Of a stretch of DNA of 64,000 nt, positions 58,167-64,000 are shown piece by piece; position 1 is the first letter of the stretch; each line of letters starts with the position of its first letter. The notes under the pieces are model-generated. The model ran no database searches, had not been told where the DNA came from, and worked only from the letters and a program-made list of their open reading frames with translations. A program made the translations under genes and the position numbers. The DNA is taken from the NCBI GenBank assembly GCA_024405635.1, contig JAKSOL010000004.1, forward strand, positions 83,563 through 147,562. Direction: 5' to 3'. Source of the DNA: Salinivirgaceae bacterium. Its GTDB lineage: Bacteria > Bacteroidota > Bacteroidia > Bacteroidales > SZUA-534.

Positions 58167-59441
58167 ATGGATATTCAACAAATACAGCAAGTAAAGCAAC
58201 GGTTTAATTTGATTGGTAACAATGCCGAATTGAACCGAGCAATAGATATAGCTATTCAAGTGGCGGCAACCGATTTAACGGTTTTGGTTACAGGAGAGAG
58301 TGGTACGGGTAAAGAAACAGTTCCAAAAATTATTCATCAGTTTAGCTCCCGAAAGCATGGTGAGTACATTGCAGTGAACTGCGGAGCAATTCCAGAGGGA
58401 ACAATAGATTCGGAATTGTTTGGTCATGAAAAAGGCGCATTTACAGGAGCACACGAGGCCCGAAAAGGCTATTTTGAAGTGGCAAACAACGGAACAATTT
58501 TTCTTGATGAGGTGGCTGAATTGCCATTATCAACACAAGTGCGTTTGTTGCGCGTGCTTGAAACAGGTGAATTTATTCGTGTGGGCTCGTCAAAAGTATT
58601 GAAAACCAATGTGCGAGTTGTGGCTGCCACAAATGTTAATTTGCCATTGGCTATTGAGCAAGGTAAGTTCCGCGAGGACTTGTATTATCGTTTAAATACT
58701 GTTCCTGTTAAATTGCCGCCATTGCGAGAACGTAGCGAAGATATTTATCTCTTGTTTCGCAAATTTGCCGCCGACTTTGCCGATAATTGGCATGTGCCGG
58801 TTATTACACTTACTCCAGATGCGAGAAATGTGCTCGAAAAATTCCGTTGGCCAGGTAACATACGCCAGTTAAAAAATGTGACCGAGCAGATATCGATAAT
58901 AGAAGAGAGCCGAGAGATAAATGCTCAAACAATGATGAAGTATTTGCCAATGACTGAAAGCGGGCATTTACCTACAATAATGTCGCATCAAACTGAAGAT
59001 CAGTCGTTTTCGTCGGAAAGAGAAATTTTGTATAAAGTTCTTTTTGATATGAAGAACGACATGAACGACTTAAAGAAACTTGTTCATGATTTGATGCTTA
59101 ACAAGGCCGATAGTCAACAACTTATTAAAGATAATGCTCGGGTTTTTCAGAATATTTACCCATCGCATCAAACTTCGGATATTTCGGTTGACGAATCTAT
59201 GCAAAGCGATACTAATACTCCAATAATTATCAGTCAGCCAACACATAAAACCAATCATGGGCATATTCAAGATACCGATGAATTTGTTGAGGAGTCGTTG
59301 TCGCTTGAAGATAAAAATGTGGAGATGATTCGTAAAGCTCTTGAAAAATATAATGGTAAGCGCAAATATGCAGCGCAAGAGTTGGGTATTTCGGAGCGCA
59401 CACTTTATAGAAAGATTAACCAATACAACTTGGACAAATGA
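58167..59441 (+). CDS. Sigma-54-interacting AAA+ regulator with Fis-type HTH, no receiver domain
   Basis: GESGTGKE, ELFGHEKGAFTGA, FLDEV, FREDLYYRL, WPGNIRQL, LGISERTLYRK. Confidence 0.93.
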   Translation: MDIQQIQQVKQRFNLIGNNAELNRAIDIAIQVAATDLTVLVTGESGTGKETVPKIIHQFSSRKHGEYIAVNCGAIPEGTIDSELFGHEKGAFTGAHEARKGYFEVANNGTIFLDEVAELPLSTQVRLLRVLETGEFIRVGSSKVLKTNVRVVAATNVNLPLAIEQGKFREDLYYRLNTVPVKLPPLRERSEDIYLLFRKFAADFADNWHVPVITLTPDARNVLEKFRWPGNIRQLKNVTEQISIIEESREINAQTMMKYLPMTESGHLPTIMSHQTEDQSFSSEREILYKVLFDMKNDMNDLKKLVHDLMLNKADSQQLIKDNARVFQNIYPSHQTSDISVDESMQSDTNTPIIISQPTHKTNHGHIQDTDEFVEESLSLEDKNVEMIRKALEKYNGKRKYAAQELGISERTLYRKINQYNLDK

Positions 59442-59950
59442 AAGTTAAGCAGTTGATAATGTGTTTGGCATTGGCCTTGGTATCGGTATCGTGTACTATA
59501 AAATATTCGTTTACAGGAGCATCAATACCAGTAGATGCAAAAACCTTTGCAGTTGAAGATTTTAAGAATATGGCTCCGCTAATTAACCCCGATTTGGCAA
59601 ATGAATTGTCGGAGGCATTGCGAGAGAAATTGCTGAAACAAACATCGCTCAAACAAGCTAGAGATTATAATTCGGGCGATTTGCGTTTTTCGGGTACTAT
59701 TACGAACTATATGACAGCGCCTACGGCTATTAAATCCGATGATGTCGCTTCGTTAAACCGTTTAACAATTGTTATAACTGTAACTTTTGAGAACGATAAG
59801 GACCCAAAATCGAATTATAAGTCGGGTTTTTCGCGATATGCTGATTATAATAGCGAAAATAGTTTGTCGGATGTAGAATCGACTTTAACAGCCGAGATTG
59901 TTGAGCAACTTGTTGACGACATCTTTAGTAAGGCAGTAGTTAACTGGTAG
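59438..59950 (+). CDS. lptE: LptE family lipoprotein
   Basis: Lipobox SVSC, YSFTGASIP, NRLTI, DIFSKAVVNW; conserved position between the Fis regulator and the TPR gene. Confidence 0.8.
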   Translation: MKVKQLIMCLALALVSVSCTIKYSFTGASIPVDAKTFAVEDFKNMAPLINPDLANELSEALREKLLKQTSLKQARDYNSGDLRFSGTITNYMTAPTAIKSDDVASLNRLTIVITVTFENDKDPKSNYKSGFSRYADYNSENSLSDVESTLTAEIVEQLVDDIFSKAVVNW

Positions 59951-59958
59951 TAAGTAAA

Positions 59959-60642
59959 ATGAAGCGCGACGATATATTGCGATATATTGATTATCCTGAA
60001 ACGCTTGATGCGCGCTCGGCTGAGCAACTTGAGGTTTTGCTTGGCGAATGCCCGTTTTTTCAATCAGCAAGGTTGCTTCATATAAAAAATTTAAAGAACC
60101 AGACTAGCATAAACTACTTGCGAAATTTGCGCAAGGCGGCCATTTATGTAACCGACCGAAAAAAACTGTTTTATTTGCTAGATGAAAGGTCGCTTTTTCG
60201 TAGTACAAAAAGCAGTCAAGATCAATTGGCGGAACTTGAGACGTTTGATTTTGCCGATTTAGAGCAACTTACCGACTTTGGTGAACTTGACCAAATTCGT
60301 GATATGTACGAGAGCGAATCGTATTCGTTAGAAGCAAACGAAATTGGTGCTGCTGAAAATGACGATGAAATGGATAGCTTGCTAAGTGCTGTGGGGGCAT
60401 TTGAGCGTCGATCGTTGGAGGTGAAACAACAGCCGCAAGAGGAAATTAAAATTGACGTTGAGGATAGGTCATCAGATATGTCAAGCGACTTGATGTCAGA
60501 AACTTTGGCTCAAATTTATGTTAAGCAAAAACATTATGACAAGGCTATTGCTATGTACGAGAAATTAAGTTTGAAATATCCAGAAAAAAGTACTTATTTC
60601 GCGACTCAAATAAAATCAATAGAAGAAATTATAAATAGTTAA
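59959..60642 (+). CDS. Tetratricopeptide-repeat protein
   Basis: CPFFQSARLL; C-terminal SETLAQIYVKQKHYDKAIAMYEKLSLKYPEKSTYFA. Confidence 0.85.
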   Translation: MKRDDILRYIDYPETLDARSAEQLEVLLGECPFFQSARLLHIKNLKNQTSINYLRNLRKAAIYVTDRKKLFYLLDERSLFRSTKSSQDQLAELETFDFADLEQLTDFGELDQIRDMYESESYSLEANEIGAAENDDEMDSLLSAVGAFERRSLEVKQQPQEEIKIDVEDRSSDMSSDLMSETLAQIYVKQKHYDKAIAMYEKLSLKYPEKSTYFATQIKSIEEIINS

Positions 60643-60646
60643 TACA

Positions 60647-60967
60647 ATGTTTACACTTATTACAGTTTTAATTTGTGTTGTTTGCGTCTTTATGATTCTT
60701 ATTGTATTGGTGCAAAACTCAAAAGGTGGAGGCTTGGCTTCAAACTTTGCAAGTTCAAACCAAGTATTGGGAGTTCGCAAGACAACTGACTTTTTGGAAA
60801 AAGCAACTTGGACTTTGGCAGGTACCTTGTTGGTACTTTGCATTTTAGCTTCAGCGTTTATTCCACGCGACGAAGTTGAAACAACAACCAGCAAAATTCA
60901 ACAACAAGTTGATGAGTTGCCAGATCCATTCCAAGTACCTGAATCTACTGCTCCTGTAGCAGAATAA
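60647..60967 (+). CDS. secG: Preprotein translocase subunit SecG
   Basis: VLVQNSKGGGL...GVRKTTDFLEKATW, two TM segments. Confidence 0.95.
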   Translation: MFTLITVLICVVCVFMILIVLVQNSKGGGLASNFASSNQVLGVRKTTDFLEKATWTLAGTLLVLCILASAFIPRDEVETTTSKIQQQVDELPDPFQVPESTAPVAE

Positions 60968-60985
60968 TTGATTTTGAAAACCCAT

Positions 60986-61026
60986 AAAAGAGCCAATCTG
61001 AACTTTCAGGTTGGCTCTTTTGTTTT
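60986..61026 (+). terminator. Intrinsic terminator after secG
   Basis: AAAAGAGCCAATCTGAA-loop-TTCAGGTTGGCTCTTTT. Confidence 0.8.
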
Positions 61027-61036
61027 GCGTTAAATT

Positions 61037-61735
61037 ATGGCTTATACTGATATTTTGATTGATTTTGACGATACAATCTTCGATACACATGGTAATGCAA
61101 TTATTTCGTTAGGCGAGGTGTTTGAACACTTTAACCTTGGTCGATATTTTGATAAGGTTGAAGATTTTACTATCCCATATTGGAAAACTAACGTTGAATT
61201 GTGGAACTTGTATAGTCATGGTAAAATTGAACGCCCAGTGCTTATGGTTGAGCGATTTAGGCGCCCACTTGCTTTGGGGAAAGGACTAAGCCCAAGTAAA
61301 GAGTATTGCCTTGAGGTGAGTGATTATTTTCTCGACCGTTGTGGTGAAAAATCGGGGTTGATTGCTGGTGCTCGTCAGTTGCTTGAATATTTACAGCAAA
61401 AATATCGCCTACATGTGGCAAGTAATGGGTTCCACGAGGTGCAATACAAAAAGATGCGAAGTGCCAAAGTTGAACAATTTTTTACAAGTGTTATTTTATC
61501 GGAGGATGCAGGGGCAAACAAACCTAGTACTGAGTATTTTGACTATGCATTGGCAAAAATTGGCGCATTGCGTCAGCAAACTATAATGATAGGCGATACA
61601 TTTTCAACCGACATTATGGGTGCTATGAATTATGGTATTGACCAAATTTTTTTGAATCATAATGCCGATTTTATATTGCCAGTAAAACCAACGCATGAGG
61701 TAAAAAGTTTGCTTGAAATTATGAGAATCTTGTAA
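61037..61735 (+). CDS. yjjG: YjjG family HAD nucleotidase
   Basis: IDFDDTIFD, SNGFHEVQYKK, KP, MIGDTFSTDIMGA. Confidence 0.88.
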   Translation: MAYTDILIDFDDTIFDTHGNAIISLGEVFEHFNLGRYFDKVEDFTIPYWKTNVELWNLYSHGKIERPVLMVERFRRPLALGKGLSPSKEYCLEVSDYFLDRCGEKSGLIAGARQLLEYLQQKYRLHVASNGFHEVQYKKMRSAKVEQFFTSVILSEDAGANKPSTEYFDYALAKIGALRQQTIMIGDTFSTDIMGAMNYGIDQIFLNHNADFILPVKPTHEVKSLLEIMRIL

Positions 61736-61761
61736 CTTTCTTTTAAAAAGTATATAAGTAT

Positions 61762-61800
61762 AAAAAAGGCTGATAATCAATTTTGACTATCAGCTTTTTT
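61762..61800. terminator. Bidirectional terminator between convergent yjjG and proA
   Basis: AAAAAAGGCTGATAATCAA-TT-TTGACTATCAGCTTTTTT. Confidence 0.75.
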
Positions 61801-61823
61801 GGCTTTAAATAAAAGTTTGTGTA

Positions 61824-63110
61824 TTAATTATTTAAAGGTTTGTGCTTAAAAGTTTTAGTGCCGTTTGCATAGTCGGCAACTATGTGTCCGTTGCCTTTTA
61901 ATCTCCATTTGTAACTTTGCAAACCGTCGAGGCCAACAGGACCGCGAGCGTGTATTTTGCTAGTTGAAATGCCAACTTCAGCGCCTAATCCGTAGCGGAA
62001 ACCATCGGCAAAGCGGGTGCTGCAGTTCCACATAACACTACCGCTATCGCAAAGGTCCATAAAACGTTGGGCGGCATTTGCATCTGCAGTAATAATCGAT
62101 TCGGTGTGGCGTGAGCTGTATTTGTTAATGTGAGCAATGGCTTCGTCAATCGAGTCAACTAGCTTAATTGAAACTTTGTAGTCAAGATATTCGGTTTTCC
62201 ATGTGGTGTCGGTAGCTGGGGTTACATCTGGAATGATTGCGGCAACACGCTCGCAACCAAATATTTCAACGTTGTGTTTGTCGAGCTCGGCTTTCAGTTT
62301 TGGTAAAAATACTTTTGCAACGTTGGAGTGAACTAACATGGTTTCGGTAGCATTGCAAACCGATACGTATTGGCATTTAGCATCAACAGCAACTTTAACG
62401 GCCATATCGATGTCGGCAGCACTATCGATGTAAAGGTGGCAAATGCCATCGGCGTGACCAAGTACGGCAATGCTGCTATTTTGCATAATGTATTGAACAA
62501 AAGCATTTGAACCGCGAGGGATGATTAGGTCAATGTATTGGTCGAGTTTTAGCATTGCGTTAACGTCTTCGCGGGTTTCAAGCAACTGAATCCATCCCTC
62601 TGGCATTCCAGCGGCAATGGTGGCTTCTGCAATTACTTTGGTAAGTACGCGGTTGGTTTCAATAGCTTCGCGGCCGCCTTTAAGCAATACTGCGTTGCCA
62701 CTTTTAAGGCATAGCGACGAAATTTGCACAAGGGCATCGGGGCGCGATTCAAATATCATTCCAATTACACCTATTGGGCAACTTACGCGGCGTAATTCAA
62801 GTCCATCGTCGAGTAGGGTGGCTTGTTGTACGTGGCCTACAGGGTCGGCTAATAGTTCAAGGCTTGCTATGCCGTCAACTACCGATTGCAACTTGCTTTC
62901 GTCGAATTTTAAGCGTTTTAGCATTGGGGCATCAAGGTTCTCGCTTTGGCTGCGAGCAATGTCGGCATGGTTGGCTTCAAAAATGGCAGCAGCATTGTTG
63001 GTTAATGCTTTTGCCATTGCTTGCAAAGCTTGGTTCTTTATGTCGCTTGAAATGGCCGCCATTTGTAGTGATGCGGTCTTGGCTTTTTGTGCGGTTTCAA
63101 TAATATTCAT
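61824..63110 (-). CDS. proA: Gamma-glutamyl phosphate reductase
   Basis: PIGVIGMIFESRP, LKGGREA, IIPRGS, GICHLY, CNATET, STRFADG, EVGISTSKIHARGPVGL. Confidence 0.97.
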   Translation of the reverse strand: MNIIETAQKAKTASLQMAAISSDIKNQALQAMAKALTNNAAAIFEANHADIARSQSENLDAPMLKRLKFDESKLQSVVDGIASLELLADPVGHVQQATLLDDGLELRRVSCPIGVIGMIFESRPDALVQISSLCLKSGNAVLLKGGREAIETNRVLTKVIAEATIAAGMPEGWIQLLETREDVNAMLKLDQYIDLIIPRGSNAFVQYIMQNSSIAVLGHADGICHLYIDSAADIDMAVKVAVDAKCQYVSVCNATETMLVHSNVAKVFLPKLKAELDKHNVEIFGCERVAAIIPDVTPATDTTWKTEYLDYKVSIKLVDSIDEAIAHINKYSSRHTESIITADANAAQRFMDLCDSGSVMWNCSTRFADGFRYGLGAEVGISTSKIHARGPVGLDGLQSYKWRLKGNGHIVADYANGTKTFKHKPLNN

Positions 63111-63128
63111 AGTGTATTGTGTTTCAAT

Positions 63129-63896
63129 TTATAGCCCCGTTTTTGGAACGTAGCCTTCATATTCTTCTTCAACTTTGAAATGGTAAAAGTTCCAAAGCAA
63201 GGTGAATGATAAGCTTGTTTCTTGAAGGCGCGAGGCTTGAATGATATCAGGTTGACTGCGTTTTACGTTCTTTTTTAAGAAATTCTGACCGCCAGCTACT
63301 TGTAGGTCATAACGGCCATCGATTAAAATCGAGATGCTTTTGCCAAAGTTGTAGCGTATGCCCCAGCCAAGTTTGTTTCCAAAGTCGAAATCGCGCACTG
63401 GACGACTGTAGTGGTTGTAACGCGAAAAACGGATGAATGAGGCTTCAAAGTTTTGACTTTCAGTGTTGTCGGCTATTTTGTATCCCACGTAGGGGCCAAC
63501 GTATCCAATAAGGCGCAAGCTGCCTTTGCCCAATTCAAAATGGGCAAACATTGGAACTTCGATGTAGGTTAATGTGCGAGTGAATTTTGAGCCTTCAACT
63601 TTTTCGTCACGTTCGGTCCAACCTTTTTTCATGTAGTTGCATTCGAACTGAATGCCGCAATTGTTTAGGTTGTTAAGTAGTAGCACCGCGCCAAAGTTGC
63701 TGTTGTATAGTGGGCGTTGCAGTTGGTTTAGCGCGTGGGGCTCAAAGTTTGCTCCAAATTTGCCGTATCCTACGCGTGCGCCTATTGAAATTTGGGCAGA
63801 GAGAGTAATTGGTATAAATAGCAAAAACGTTAGAAGGAATCGAGTTGCGATTCTTCTAACGCATTTATAATTAATAGTTTTGAAGAAATTAATCAT
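63129..63896 (-). CDS. Outer-membrane beta-barrel (porin family) protein
   Basis: ATG 63896 (MINFFK...), hydrophobic signal ending LSAQ, strands ISIGARVGY, YIEVPMFAHF, YVGPYVGY, GIRYNF. Confidence 0.75.
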   Translation of the reverse strand: MINFFKTINYKCVRRIATRFLLTFLLFIPITLSAQISIGARVGYGKFGANFEPHALNQLQRPLYNSNFGAVLLLNNLNNCGIQFECNYMKKGWTERDEKVEGSKFTRTLTYIEVPMFAHFELGKGSLRLIGYVGPYVGYKIADNTESQNFEASFIRFSRYNHYSRPVRDFDFGNKLGWGIRYNFGKSISILIDGRYDLQVAGGQNFLKKNVKRSQPDIIQASRLQETSLSFTLLWNFYHFKVEEEYEGYVPKTGL

Positions 63897-64000
63897 CGCT
63901 TCCGCCAACCAAAGCTTCACCAGCCGATACTTTTTCAACAATTTTGGTTTCAATCTCTTTTGCCAATTCGGCATTGTCGCGTAATAATTGGCATACGTTG
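63889..64000 (-). CDS. recA: 3' end of recombinase A (partial)
   Basis: Manual translation ...NVCQLLRDNAELAKEIETKIVEKVSAGEALVGGSDD* resembles the RecA C-terminal helix; only 36 codons are visible. Confidence 0.7.
   Translation of the reverse strand, partial: NVCQLLRDNAELAKEIETKIVEKVSAGEALVGGSDD

Overview
A 64-kb chromosomal window from a Bacteroidota (Bacteroidales-like) bacterium. Taxon evidence: repeated TAnnTTTG -7 promoter elements, T9SS C-terminal sorting domains, gldH, and the DUF4271-hemD-rnpA and sigma54/Fis-lptE-TPR-secG clusters. Most of the window is housekeeping: dpp7, dnaN, cmk, ispH, uvrC, trmD, trmB, argR, gap, rlmD, radC, rpe, proA, the 3' end of recA, tRNA-Leu(TAA) and tRNA-Gly(GCC). 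Accessory parts: (i) a ~2540-aa BspA-LRR/InlB-B-repeat T9SS surface protein tightly coupled to an outer-membrane beta-barrel gene; (ii) two tandem Kelch lipoproteins; (iii) a wzm/wzt glycan locus whose AT-rich core appears to begin inside wzt and end inside a downstream lectin-like/PKD T9SS gene; (iv) an AT-rich two-gene islet with a CoiA-like nuclease after gap. The most striking unexplained structure is a four-helix-bundle (23S-IVP/Avd-like) gene wedged between wzm and wzt and bracketed by inverted heptamer arrays, so the ORF could sit in the loop of a long RNA stem. Also notable are a PRTase-HAD fusion in the glycan locus and a 45-aa lipoprotein missed by the ORF track. No CRISPR array, integrase, transposase or reverse transcriptase was seen. 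All calls come from reading motifs by eye; no database searches or computed composition values were available.
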